Below, one piece after another: positions 26,980-36,014 of a stretch of DNA of 64,000 bases. Position numbers and translations under genes: made by a program. Source of the stretch: Candidatus Bathyarchaeia archaeon (GTDB lineage Archaea > Thermoproteota > Bathyarchaeia > Bathyarchaeales > Bathycorpusculaceae); contig JBMFOB010000001.1 of assembly GCA_049969855.1 (NCBI GenBank), positions 69,906-133,905 on the forward strand, in the 5' to 3' direction. The notes under the pieces are model-generated. The model had not been told where the DNA came from. It ran no database searches and was given only the letters and a program-made list of their open reading frames with translations. Numbering within the stretch: the stretch's first letter is position 1; each line of letters opens with the position of its first letter.

Positions 26980-27837
26980 TTAATGGAAATTGCGTGGGAG
27001 TCTGAAATCCGCTCCCACCGTTCTATACTCCAGCTTAGGCGTTAATAACATTCTCCTTTTATGTTCCATGGAAAGCCACCGTCTTTTGATACTTTCCACA
27101 AGCTCCTTTTCTATATCTAATTGTTTGGCAATTTCCTTTGTTTCCATAAAATGTTCAAGTCCATAAAGAATGAGGTCAAGGGTTTCATATTTTATGCCAA
27201 GTTCTGTTTCCGCCAGTTGCCCAGGCCATAGGGCAGGGGATGAGGGTTTTGTCAAGATTTCTTTTGGAATGCCTATGTGCTGGGCAAGTTTTTGCACTTG
27301 TGTTTTATATAAGTCCATTATTGGTGATATGTCGGCTGCCACATCTCCCCATTTTGTGAAGTAACCTATCATGGTTTCTGATTTGTCTGAGCTTCCACAT
27401 ACGAGCATGTTTAGCCTGTTAGCAAAATAATAAATGTAAATCATTCGAGTTCTTGCCTTTATATTTCCTTTGCACACTTTGTCAGTTGGGTCAAACTCTG
27501 GTATGGATTTGTAGAATGCTTCCAAAGTTGAGGTTATGTCTATTGTTTTTGTTTTGAAGCCGAACTTTTTGGCTACAAGCTTCGCGTGTTTAACGTCTTT
27601 GGCGTTATATGTTTCTTTTTCAGGCAGTATAAGTCCCAGAACTTTGTCGTCGCCTATGGCTAAGGCAGAAAGAGCGGCAGTGGTGGAGCTGTCGATGCCG
27701 CCGGATAACCCCAAAACTATGCCTTTAACTTTCGATTTTTCCACGTAATCTTTTATGAAACGTTTTATCTTTACCTCAACTTCCTGAAAATCCAAGTTTA
27801 GAACTGAAGGTTTCAATTCCAAATGGTGCATCCTCAT
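26980..27837 (-). CDS. nadE: NAD+ synthetase (single synthetase domain)
   Basis: GLSGGIDSS, NIKARTRM, GYFTKWGD, PSSPALW, HKR. Confidence 0.95.
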   Translation of the reverse strand: MRMHHLELKPSVLNLDFQEVEVKIKRFIKDYVEKSKVKGIVLGLSGGIDSSTTAALSALAIGDDKVLGLILPEKETYNAKDVKHAKLVAKKFGFKTKTIDITSTLEAFYKSIPEFDPTDKVCKGNIKARTRMIYIYYFANRLNMLVCGSSDKSETMIGYFTKWGDVAADISPIMDLYKTQVQKLAQHIGIPKEILTKPSSPALWPGQLAETELGIKYETLDLILYGLEHFMETKEIAKQLDIEKELVESIKRRWLSMEHKRRMLLTPKLEYRTVGADFRLPRNFH

Positions 27838-27921
27838 TACTTTTTATGGTTATAAGTGTATTTAAGGACAAAAATAAAATACTGGGGTGATGTAAGGTTT
27901 ACGGTATAGAAGGATTTGAAA

Positions 27922-28188
27922 ATGGGGCGAAGAAGGAGAAAAGTTGTTCGCATTCCTAAGAGACGATTACCTAAATTCTTCTCTTGTCCAAAATGTGGAA
28001 AAGAAGCGGTAAGAGTTGAAATTCTCCGCGAAGAAGGTCGCGCCATCGTGGGATGTGGCAGCTGCGGGTTAAAGGAAGAATTTAATGTTAAGCCAGCACA
28101 AAGCGAGATTGATGTTTACTGTTTGTTTACTGACAAACTTTATGGAGGTTCCAAAAAAGACGCAACGCCCAAAGTGCAAGAGTCTTAG
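27922..28188 (+). CDS. elf1: Transcription elongation factor Elf1
   Basis: MGRRRRK...[10 protein letters not shown]...CGSC...IDVY. Confidence 0.9.
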   Translation: MGRRRRKVVRIPKRRLPKFFSCPKCGKEAVRVEILREEGRAIVGCGSCGLKEEFNVKPAQSEIDVYCLFTDKLYGGSKKDATPKVQES

Positions 28189-28194
28189 AATTGG

Positions 28195-28956
28195 GTGGTC
28201 TTTATGGTAGGGCATGTTGAGAAATACTTGCTTGAAAAAATCGAGTCTGAGGGCGCAATTCACATAACCCTCATAGATCCTGAAAAGGTTACACCGCCTC
28301 AGGCTTCTAGAATTGTTACTAAAGCGACTTTGAGTGGGACTTCAGCTATAATGATTGGCGGTTCCACATTTGTTTCCACAGCACATTTGGACGGTGTTGT
28401 TAAGGCGGTTAAGCGCACTGTGAAAGTTCCAGTAATTCTTTTCCCAAACAACATCACTGGTATAAGTCGCCATGCAGATGCTATATGGTTCATGTCTCTG
28501 TTAAACTCTGTTGACCCCTATTTCTTAATGGGCGCTCAAGTTTTAGGAGCTCCCCTTGTCAAGAAGTATCATTTAGAGCCCATACCAATGGGGTACATTA
28601 TCATTGGCGATGGTGGCACTGCAAGCATTGTTGGAAAAGCGGTTCCAGTTCCATACAATAAACCCAAGGTTGCTGCTGCCCACGCTTTAGCCGGACAATA
28701 TTTAGGCATGCGCTTCATCTATTTAGAGGCGGGTTCTGGCGCTAAAAAGCCCGTTCCTCCTGAAATGATCCGCATTGTTAAAAGTTACATTGATGTTCCC
28801 TTGGTTGTTGGAGGAGGCATAAAAACCAGAGGGCAAGCTTTGGCGGCGGCATCTGCAGGGGCAAACATTATAGTGACTGGCAACATTGTTGAGAACGCTG
28901 AAGTTAGGGAGAAGGTTTCTGAAATTATTGAAGGTATAAAGGGTCGTAGGTCGTAA
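28195..28956 (+). CDS. Geranylgeranylglyceryl phosphate synthase (group II)
   Basis: TLIDPEK, IMIGGS, YLEAGSGA, VGGGIK, VTGN. Confidence 0.93.
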   Translation: MVFMVGHVEKYLLEKIESEGAIHITLIDPEKVTPPQASRIVTKATLSGTSAIMIGGSTFVSTAHLDGVVKAVKRTVKVPVILFPNNITGISRHADAIWFMSLLNSVDPYFLMGAQVLGAPLVKKYHLEPIPMGYIIIGDGGTASIVGKAVPVPYNKPKVAAAHALAGQYLGMRFIYLEAGSGAKKPVPPEMIRIVKSYIDVPLVVGGGIKTRGQALAAASAGANIIVTGNIVENAEVREKVSEIIEGIKGRRS

Positions 28957-28963
28957 AGGTCTT

Positions 28964-29275
28964 TTGACGTCTTTTGAAAACTATTTTAATGCTTTAAAGA
29001 AGATTTTGGGAAGTGAGGATGCCTATGAAATATGGCCTAATTTTGAGCCGCAATATGATGAACATGAATATGCATGGACCACGCTGAGGGGTTTAGGCGA
29101 AGTTTTACTGTTAAATTGTGGCGTGTGCGATGGGCCATCCGATTTGCGTCACATAAACTGTAAAAAATGTGTTGAACGACGAAGCAAAATTGCAAAAGAG
29201 GCTTATGAAAAGGCCACTGGGCGTTCTAAGGAAAAATGGTCCACTATATTTTTGTGTAGAATTCACACGGAATAA
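28964..29275 (+). CDS. Cys-rich hypothetical protein
   Basis: CGVC-x9-CKKC plus a C-terminal Cys; in line between GGGPS and DP2. Confidence 0.65.
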   Translation: MTSFENYFNALKKILGSEDAYEIWPNFEPQYDEHEYAWTTLRGLGEVLLLNCGVCDGPSDLRHINCKKCVERRSKIAKEAYEKATGRSKEKWSTIFLCRIHTE

Positions 29276-29308
29276 GAACGTTCTGTCACAGTCCTTTTTG
29301 ATTTTTCT

Positions 29309-32300
29309 ATGTCACAAAACCAAAATAAACCATTAAGACACAAAAAAGGTGCGGGACATAGCATGAATAGTCAAATGAGCGAAACTTATAGGCGGTACTT
29401 AGAAAATTTAGAAGCTCAGCTTGAACAGTTGTATACTTTAAGTCAAAAAGCAAGAGAAGAGGGATTTGACCCAGCGCTGAAGCCTGAGTGCAAAATCGCC
29501 AAGGACTTAGCTGATCTTGTAGAAGGTCTTGTTGGACCAAAGGGCGTTGCTGAAAGCATCAGAGATTTGAGTACAAAGCTTTCGAGGGAAGAATTAGCCT
29601 TTAAAATTGCTGAAGAAATTGTTTACGGCAAATTTGGACATATGGAAGCAGAAGCAGCGGCTGAACAAGCAGTGCGCACTGCCCTTGCAATTTTAACGGA
29701 AGGGCTTACTGCAGCGCCTTTACAAGGAGTAGCGAAGGTGAAAATTAAAACAAATTATGATAGGACACGTTACCTTGCAGTTTATTTTGCCGGTCCAATA
29801 CGCTCTGCCGGCGGAACAGATCAAGCTTTAACATTAGTTGTAGCAGATTTTGTTCGCCGCTTGCTTGGGCTTGATCGTTATAAACCTACAGAAGATGAAA
29901 TTTCACGTTTCATTGAGGAGATGAGACTTTATGAACGTTCTGTAAGCCGCTTCCAATATCACGTTTCAGATGATGAGCTCAGAAAGGCGCTTCAATGGCT
30001 TCCTGTGGAGGTAACTGGTACAGAATCTGACCCTGTTGAAGTTTCTTCTTTTCGCAATCTTCCCCGAATTGAGACTAACCGTGTGAGAGGTGGGGCGCTT
30101 AGGGTTGTGAATGATGGAGTTGTGGGGCGCTCCTCTAAAGTTTTGGCTATAGTTGAGAAACTTGGGATTTCAGGGTGGGATTGGCTTAGGGATTTTCGGA
30201 AAAAGTCTGAGAAAAAGTCTGCTGGGTTCATGGATGAGGTGATTGCTGGGCGCCCGATTTTTTCATTTCCATCAACTCGTGGTGGCTTCCGTTTAAGATA
30301 TGGGCGGGCGCGGAATACCGGTTTGGCTGCTGTCGGCATTCATCCAGCAACTATGCTTGTGCTTCAAGGTTTTCTGGCGGCTGGCACCCAATTGCGTTTA
30401 GAGCTTCCAGGGAAAGGCGGTGTTGTGGTTCCTGTGGATGCTATAGAGCCGTCGGTTGTTCTGTTAAGGGACGGTTCTGTTATCCGTGCGTCTGTGGAGA
30501 ATTTTACTCATGTAAAAGATGAAATTTCCAAGATTCTTTTTTTGGGCGACATTTTGATTAGTTTTGGGGATTTCTTGTATAATAGTAAACCTCTTGCGCC
30601 TTCTGGTTATGTTGAGGAATGGTGGGCTGAAGACTTACAGAGGGTTGTTACGGAAAAGTTTAATGGAAGCGTCCAAAGTCTATCAGAGGTCACTAAAATT
30701 TCATCTGAGAGGCTAAAGGCTTTTTTGGAAGATCCGTTTGCCAATAAGCCAACAGTTAAAGAGGCTATAACCTTATCGTTAACGTTGCGTGTGCCTCTCC
30801 ATCCTTCTTTTACATTTTTCTGGTCGAATCTTCGCTCATTTGAAGAGCTTGAGCAGCTGCGAAGTTGGCTTCTTAACTCAAAAATGCAGAAGGAGGATGA
30901 TTTGGTTTGTGAAATTGTTGGAGAGATGCAACCAAATGTGAAGCAAGCTTTGGAGGCGCTATGTTTACCACATAAAGTTTCAGAAGGAAAAATACTTATT
31001 ACTGGAGCGGATGCACATGCATTTGCCTTCTGCCTTGGTTATAATTCTATGAACGTTGAGGATTTATCTTCCGCCAAATCTCTCACAGAAGCAGTCAGCA
31101 GACTTGCTGGTGTAGAAATTAGGGAAAAAGCAGTGACGTTCGTTGGGGCACGTATGGGGAGACCTGAAAAAGCAAAAAGGCGTGAGATGAAGCCTCTTGT
31201 TCACATTCTTTTTCCAGTTGGTTTGGCTGGTGGGGCTCAAAGAGACATTGTGGAAGCAGCCAAGAAGGAGCGGGTTTTTGTTGAAGTTGTTAAACGTAAA
31301 TGTCGAGTTTGCAATACTTATACTTTCAGGGTTAAATGTCCAACTTGTGGTTCTGAAACGTTTTATGAGAAAATTTGCCCTCGGTGTGGCAGAGTTTTAA
31401 ACGGCGATGAGTGTCCAACGTGTAAGGTGCGCACTAATCCCTACCAAAAACAAAGTGTCAATTTTAAGGAGTTGCTCGAAAATGCTTGCGAGCATTTAGG
31501 AGTGTCTATTCCGAAAGTTTTGAAAGGTGTTAAGGGATTATCGAACGAGAGCAAAACTCCTGAAATTATAGAGAAGGGTATTCTTCGGGCTAAGTATGAT
31601 TTGTCGGTTTACAAGGATGGAACGGTGCGTTTTGATGCCACAAATGCTCCATTAACCCATTTTAAACCGTCCGAAATTGGAGTTTCTGTGGAGAAGCTTA
31701 AGCAACTCGGTTATAATTACGATGTGTATGGCGCACCCTTGGCAGATGTAAACCAATTATGTGAACTGAAAATTCAAGATGTCATAATTCCAGTAAAATG
31801 TGCGGAATATTTTGTTCACATTGCAAACTTTTTAGATGAACTTCTAACGAAGGTTTACAAGCTTTCGCCCTACTACAATGTTAAACGAATGGAAGACCTT
31901 GTTGGGCATCTTGTTGTTGGTTTGGCTCCGCACACTTCTGTTGGCATTCTGGGGCGCATAATTGGCTTTACAAATTTAAACGTCTGTTATGCACATCCAA
32001 TTTGGCATTCAGCCAAACGCAGAGATTGTGACGGCGACGAAGATGCTCTGATGCTTGCTCTGGATACCTTGCTTAACTTTTCTCGTGAGTATTTGCCAGC
32101 TCAAATTGGCGGAATAATGGATGCCCCCTTACTTCTTATCCCACTTGTTAATCCACAGGAGGTGCAAAGACAAGCACATGATTTTGATGTCGCTTACACG
32201 TACCCAGTAGAATTTTACATGAAAACATTGGAAAACGTAGAAGCAAAACAAGTCAGTCGCATCATAGACCTCATTGAGCATCGGTTAGGGACAGAAGCGC

Positions 32301-32779
32301 AGTTTGAAGGTTTCAAGTTTACAACTCCCATTTCAAACATTAACATGGGCGTTTCTGAAAGTTCGTATAAACGGTTTAAAACAATGATTGAGAAGTTGAC
32401 ATGCCAACTTGATTTGGCTGAGAAAATAGAGGCTGTGGATGCAAGGAAAGTGGCTTTGAAAGTTTTGACAAAACATTTTATTCGAGACATTGCTGGGAAT
32501 CTGCGAGCCTTTTCGATGCAAGGTTTCAGGTGTAAATCATGCAGCAAACGTTTTCGGCGTTTACCCCTTCGCGGCAAATGCCCCATATGTGGTGGAGAAT
32601 TAACCCTAACCGTTTACCGTGGCGGTATTGAAAAGTATCTGGAGGCGGCACAGCATTTGGTTGAAAAGTATAGGTTGCCACGGTATTATGCCCAGAGAAT
32701 TTTGCTTACGAAAGAAGAGATTAATTCATTGTTTGAGGGAAAAAAGCCAAAACAAATTAGCCTGACGGATTTTGCTTGA
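29309..32779 (+). CDS. polC: DNA polymerase D large subunit DP2
   Basis: YFAGPIRSAGGT, GFRLRYGR, RMGRPEK, catalytic RRDCDGDED, Zn fingers, C-terminal PIP box QISLTDF; true start probably 29363/29375. Confidence 0.97.
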   Translation: MSQNQNKPLRHKKGAGHSMNSQMSETYRRYLENLEAQLEQLYTLSQKAREEGFDPALKPECKIAKDLADLVEGLVGPKGVAESIRDLSTKLSREELAFKIAEEIVYGKFGHMEAEAAAEQAVRTALAILTEGLTAAPLQGVAKVKIKTNYDRTRYLAVYFAGPIRSAGGTDQALTLVVADFVRRLLGLDRYKPTEDEISRFIEEMRLYERSVSRFQYHVSDDELRKALQWLPVEVTGTESDPVEVSSFRNLPRIETNRVRGGALRVVNDGVVGRSSKVLAIVEKLGISGWDWLRDFRKKSEKKSAGFMDEVIAGRPIFSFPSTRGGFRLRYGRARNTGLAAVGIHPATMLVLQGFLAAGTQLRLELPGKGGVVVPVDAIEPSVVLLRDGSVIRASVENFTHVKDEISKILFLGDILISFGDFLYNSKPLAPSGYVEEWWAEDLQRVVTEKFNGSVQSLSEVTKISSERLKAFLEDPFANKPTVKEAITLSLTLRVPLHPSFTFFWSNLRSFEELEQLRSWLLNSKMQKEDDLVCEIVGEMQPNVKQALEALCLPHKVSEGKILITGADAHAFAFCLGYNSMNVEDLSSAKSLTEAVSRLAGVEIREKAVTFVGARMGRPEKAKRREMKPLVHILFPVGLAGGAQRDIVEAAKKERVFVEVVKRKCRVCNTYTFRVKCPTCGSETFYEKICPRCGRVLNGDECPTCKVRTNPYQKQSVNFKELLENACEHLGVSIPKVLKGVKGLSNESKTPEIIEKGILRAKYDLSVYKDGTVRFDATNAPLTHFKPSEIGVSVEKLKQLGYNYDVYGAPLADVNQLCELKIQDVIIPVKCAEYFVHIANFLDELLTKVYKLSPYYNVKRMEDLVGHLVVGLAPHTSVGILGRIIGFTNLNVCYAHPIWHSAKRRDCDGDEDALMLALDTLLNFSREYLPAQIGGIMDAPLLLIPLVNPQEVQRQAHDFDVAYTYPVEFYMKTLENVEAKQVSRIIDLIEHRLGTEAQFEGFKFTTPISNINMGVSESSYKRFKTMIEKLTCQLDLAEKIEAVDARKVALKVLTKHFIRDIAGNLRAFSMQGFRCKSCSKRFRRLPLRGKCPICGGELTLTVYRGGIEKYLEAAQHLVEKYRLPRYYAQRILLTKEEINSLFEGKKPKQISLTDFA

Positions 32780-32807
32780 GAAAACTTTTCTACGTCAAAA
32801 GCAATAA

Positions 32808-33095
32808 TTGTTTTCGGTGAGCATGTTAAAAGAGGCTTATCATCCTAATGCTTACTTGTCAAATATAAAAAATATTAAACTCGGTCTTCGGGCGCGAACC
32901 AAAATATTAAGTGTTTTGGATAAGGGTTCAACCGACGCAAAAACCATCGCCAAAGAAACTGGAATGCGTTACGGCGTTGCTATGCATCATCTAAGACTTT
33001 TGGAGGCAGAGGGGATTGTGGAGCGTAAAGGCAGCAAACCGCATGTTTGGGCGGTCACTGGTTTGGGGCAGAAGCGGTTAGTGAATTTGGGCTAG
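32808..33095 (+). CDS. ArsR-like winged-helix protein
   Basis: ARTKILSVL...IAKETG...MHHLRLLEAEGIV. Confidence 0.8.
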   Translation: MFSVSMLKEAYHPNAYLSNIKNIKLGLRARTKILSVLDKGSTDAKTIAKETGMRYGVAMHHLRLLEAEGIVERKGSKPHVWAVTGLGQKRLVNLG

Positions 33096-33379
33096 AAAGG
33101 GCATTGACATGGTGAACTCTTGCATTTTGGACATTTATCTTCATATTTGTTAAGGGCTGCTTTTTCAAGGTTTACATTTGTGACGTTTGCAAGCGAAGCC
33201 AACCATGCAATGACATCAGCAAACTCATCTTCTAAAGCCTTCTTGTCGTCTGTCTTTAATGCTTCTCCTAACTCTTCTACCTCGTCTACAAGCCAATTGT
33301 ATGTTCCGAGGGCTCCGCGTCTGGAGTCCTTGTGAAAATATAGGCGATACATCATTTTTTGAAACTCGTTTATGTGCAA
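33092..33379 (-). CDS. MazG-like nucleotide pyrophosphohydrolase
   Basis: DEVEEL...DEFADV; C-terminal CPKC-x3-CQC. Confidence 0.88.
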   Translation of the reverse strand: MHINEFQKMMYRLYFHKDSRRGALGTYNWLVDEVEELGEALKTDDKKALEDEFADVIAWLASLANVTNVNLEKAALNKYEDKCPKCKSSPCQCPF

Positions 33380-33432
33380 CTAATCTCACCCACCTTATCT
33401 GAGAAACGAGCAGTTTTAAGATAAAAAGGCAT

Positions 33433-33879
33433 CTAAGCTTTCTGTTTGGTTAGGGACAATGTTTTTTGTCCCTTCTCAATTATGTGTTGGATTTTGATGC
33501 CTTTTCTTTCTAAATGTGCTGAGATAAACCGTCTATGACAATATTTTGGGTTCACTTCCATACACATGATGCATGCACGCTTGTTTTGTGCAATTTCTAA
33601 AAGCCTTCTTATTCCTTCTCTGAAAGTTTTTGTTCGCATGTGTTTTTTGTATCCGCCTCGCCTGTAGCCTCCAAGTTCTTTTCCAAGCCAAACATATTCT
33701 ATGCCATGTTGAGGAAGCCAATTTTCCATTTGTTCCTTCTTAAAGTGTTCAATTTTCGATGTTGGAAAACTGCGAACATCTACAACAACTTGAATTTTAT
33801 GCTCCTTTAACAGTTCTATAAAAGCATCTATTGTACGATTGCTATGCCCAATTGTCCATATCGTCGGCATCTCTTTCAT
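33433..33879 (-). CDS. DUF488 family protein
   Basis: TIGHS, VDVRSFP, ELGG, CME...CHR. Confidence 0.9.
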   Translation of the reverse strand: MKEMPTIWTIGHSNRTIDAFIELLKEHKIQVVVDVRSFPTSKIEHFKKEQMENWLPQHGIEYVWLGKELGGYRRGGYKKHMRTKTFREGIRRLLEIAQNKRACIMCMEVNPKYCHRRFISAHLERKGIKIQHIIEKGQKTLSLTKQKA

Positions 33880-33900
33880 TTTTATCTAAATGAAGAAAAA

Positions 33901-35226
33901 TTAACGGATTTTTATGTATTTGTAGGCTTCTGTTGAGTTTTCAAAGCAGTAATGCACTTTTTGATAGCCTTTTCGGAACTCTGCCACATCTGCCCTTACC
34001 TTTTCCAGTGGTTCCTTATCTATTATTACTCGTTTGATGAATTCTGCTATTTCAACCATCTCTGACTCTTTCATTCCAAGCCTTGTGACTTCTGAAACTC
34101 CAAGTCTTATTCCGCCTGGGTGCTGGAAATGTCTTCCTTCCTTAATGTCCCATGGCAGCAAGTTTCTGTTTATTATTATGTTTGCTTTTTCCAAAGTTTC
34201 CTCAAGTGTGCCGCCGTCTCCATATTTTGTAATGTCCACTATCATTACATGCGATTCTGTGAAACCCTTATGTTCTGCTAAAACGTTAAATCCTCTTTCA
34301 TAAAGGGCTTGGGCTAATGCCTTTGCATTCTTCACTATTTGGCTTGCATATTCCCTTCCAAACTCGAGCATTTCCGCACATGCAATAGTGACGCCTGCAA
34401 CAGCGTGCAAATGGTGATTGCTCACCATTCCAGGGAAGGTTGCCCGTTTTATTTTTTCAGCATGCTTTTCCCAAGATAGGACTCCGCCATGTTGGGGTCC
34501 AAAGAAGGTCTTGTGTGTGCTTAGGCTGACAACGTCTGCTCCTTCTCTAAGTGGGTCTTGGAATTGTCCTCCAGCAATTAAGCCAGCCACATGAGCGGCA
34601 TCATATCCCACGGTTCCTCCTACGGAATGAATGGTATCTGCAAGTTCTTTAATTGGATGGGGGAATGGGAAAACGCTTGCGCCAAACATGACAAGCTTCG
34701 GCGCTTTTCCCTCTGCCGCAAACTTTTCAATTCTCTGCTTTGCCTTATCCACATCTATGTTTAATTCCTTATAATCTAAAGGCAAGTATTCAACAATTAA
34801 ACCGTGAACTGCGCCTGCTGTTCCACCCAACTCTTTTTTGCCCATTGTTATGTGTCCGCCGCATGGGATGGATAATGCCATCATGGTGTCGCCTGGTTCT
34901 GTGAAAGCTGTGTAAACAACCAAGTTTGCCACAACCCCTGAAATTGGTCTGACATCCACAAACTCTGCCCTGAAAAGTCTTTTCATGAGTTCGATGCATT
35001 TGTTCTCCACTTGGTCTATAAAGCGGCAGCCAGCGTAGACACGTTCTCCTGGCCATCCTTCAGCATAACGGTTTCCAAAATCTGTTGTGAGGGCCTCGCG
35101 GACGGCTGGGCTTGGGATGTTTTCGCTTGCTATAAGTGGAATGTTTTCCTGAAACCATTTGTGGTGTTGTTCGAGGAGACTAAGCACATAATTATATTCG
35201 TTTCGCGAATTTGGCATCGCAAACAC
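33901..35226 (-). CDS. glyA: Serine hydroxymethyltransferase
   Basis: LIASEN, RYAEG, DAAHVAG, STHKTFFGPQ, GIRLG. Confidence 0.95.
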   Translation of the reverse strand: MFAMPNSRNEYNYVLSLLEQHHKWFQENIPLIASENIPSPAVREALTTDFGNRYAEGWPGERVYAGCRFIDQVENKCIELMKRLFRAEFVDVRPISGVVANLVVYTAFTEPGDTMMALSIPCGGHITMGKKELGGTAGAVHGLIVEYLPLDYKELNIDVDKAKQRIEKFAAEGKAPKLVMFGASVFPFPHPIKELADTIHSVGGTVGYDAAHVAGLIAGGQFQDPLREGADVVSLSTHKTFFGPQHGGVLSWEKHAEKIKRATFPGMVSNHHLHAVAGVTIACAEMLEFGREYASQIVKNAKALAQALYERGFNVLAEHKGFTESHVMIVDITKYGDGGTLEETLEKANIIINRNLLPWDIKEGRHFQHPGGIRLGVSEVTRLGMKESEMVEIAEFIKRVIIDKEPLEKVRADVAEFRKGYQKVHYCFENSTEAYKYIKIR

Positions 35227-35327
35227 CTTTGCATCAAACTATCATGTATCCCGCAAATAAAAACTCTTTCGAGGTGACGCAACATTAATAATGGAGATAA
35301 TCTCTCATACTTAACTGAGGGTTTCGG

Positions 35328-35495
35328 GTGAGCAAGAAAAAGAAAGAGAAATCAGCACCCATGCCTGCTGCAAGCGCCGGACTCCTAAGATTCTTTGAAG
35401 AGGAGACAGAAGGAATAAAGGTTCGTCCGGAGATTCTTGTGGGTTTGGCAATAGCATTAATAGTTGTAGTTGTTTTAGCACGGGTTTTCCTTTAG
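35328..35495 (+). CDS. Preprotein translocase subunit Sec61beta
   Basis: Not in track. MSKKKKEKSAPMPAASAGLLRFFEEETEGIKVRPE plus one TM helix, 55 aa. Confidence 0.92.
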   Translation: MSKKKKEKSAPMPAASAGLLRFFEEETEGIKVRPEILVGLAIALIVVVVLARVFL

Positions 35496-35506
35496 AATGA
35501 ATATTT

Positions 35507-35794
35507 TTAGCGACGAGAAGGCGCATGCAAAACTTCTATTCGCTGCACAGAGTTTAAGTGAATAAATATTTCGCTCCTTTCTTCTCTCCCCGCAACTTGT
35601 GGTATTGGTTGGGCAATGGTTGCACGCATTATAATAGCCTCAGCTTCAGAAAGCCAAATTCCCGCTGGTTCTCGGGTCACAGCCGCCAAGGTTCCCTCAA
35701 AACCATAAGAAGGGTCTAAAATTACACGTAGCTTCTTACCTAAATTTTTTTCCAGCATGTGAAATATTGTTGGGGGGATAGGCTGGTCTGTCAT
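35507..35794 (-). CDS. Divergent Sm/Lsm-like protein
   Basis: LEKNLGKKLRVIL...FEGTL (Sm1-like) and EIFIHLNSVQRIE (Sm2-like). Confidence 0.6.
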   Translation of the reverse strand: MTDQPIPPTIFHMLEKNLGKKLRVILDPSYGFEGTLAAVTREPAGIWLSEAEAIIMRATIAQPIPQVAGREERSEIFIHLNSVQRIEVLHAPSRR

Positions 35795-36014
35795 AGGGTT
35801 CGCAAAGTGTATAATCGGCAGTTTACAAATAAAACAGTTATCCTTCTGAAACATTGTAAGGTTAATGTTACCATGATACTTATGTTCTTTCCTTTAGTGT
35901 TGCTTTTTTCAGTATTCATGTTAAAACTGACTTATTATGCTATGAAACAATTATGTAAATAATGTCTCAACTCCTCATAGTAGTGCCTTATGAACACAAG
36001 ACACTTTAATATGT

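Noticed and set aside
29309-32779. Inteins in DP2 (and Cdc6)
   Set aside because: Lengths are normal and catalytic motifs are contiguous.
35873-35930. Possible C/D sRNA or hairpin (ATGATAC...CTGA) upstream of DUF2070
   Set aside because: Poor box C, no internal boxes, no terminal stem and no recognisable rRNA guide.
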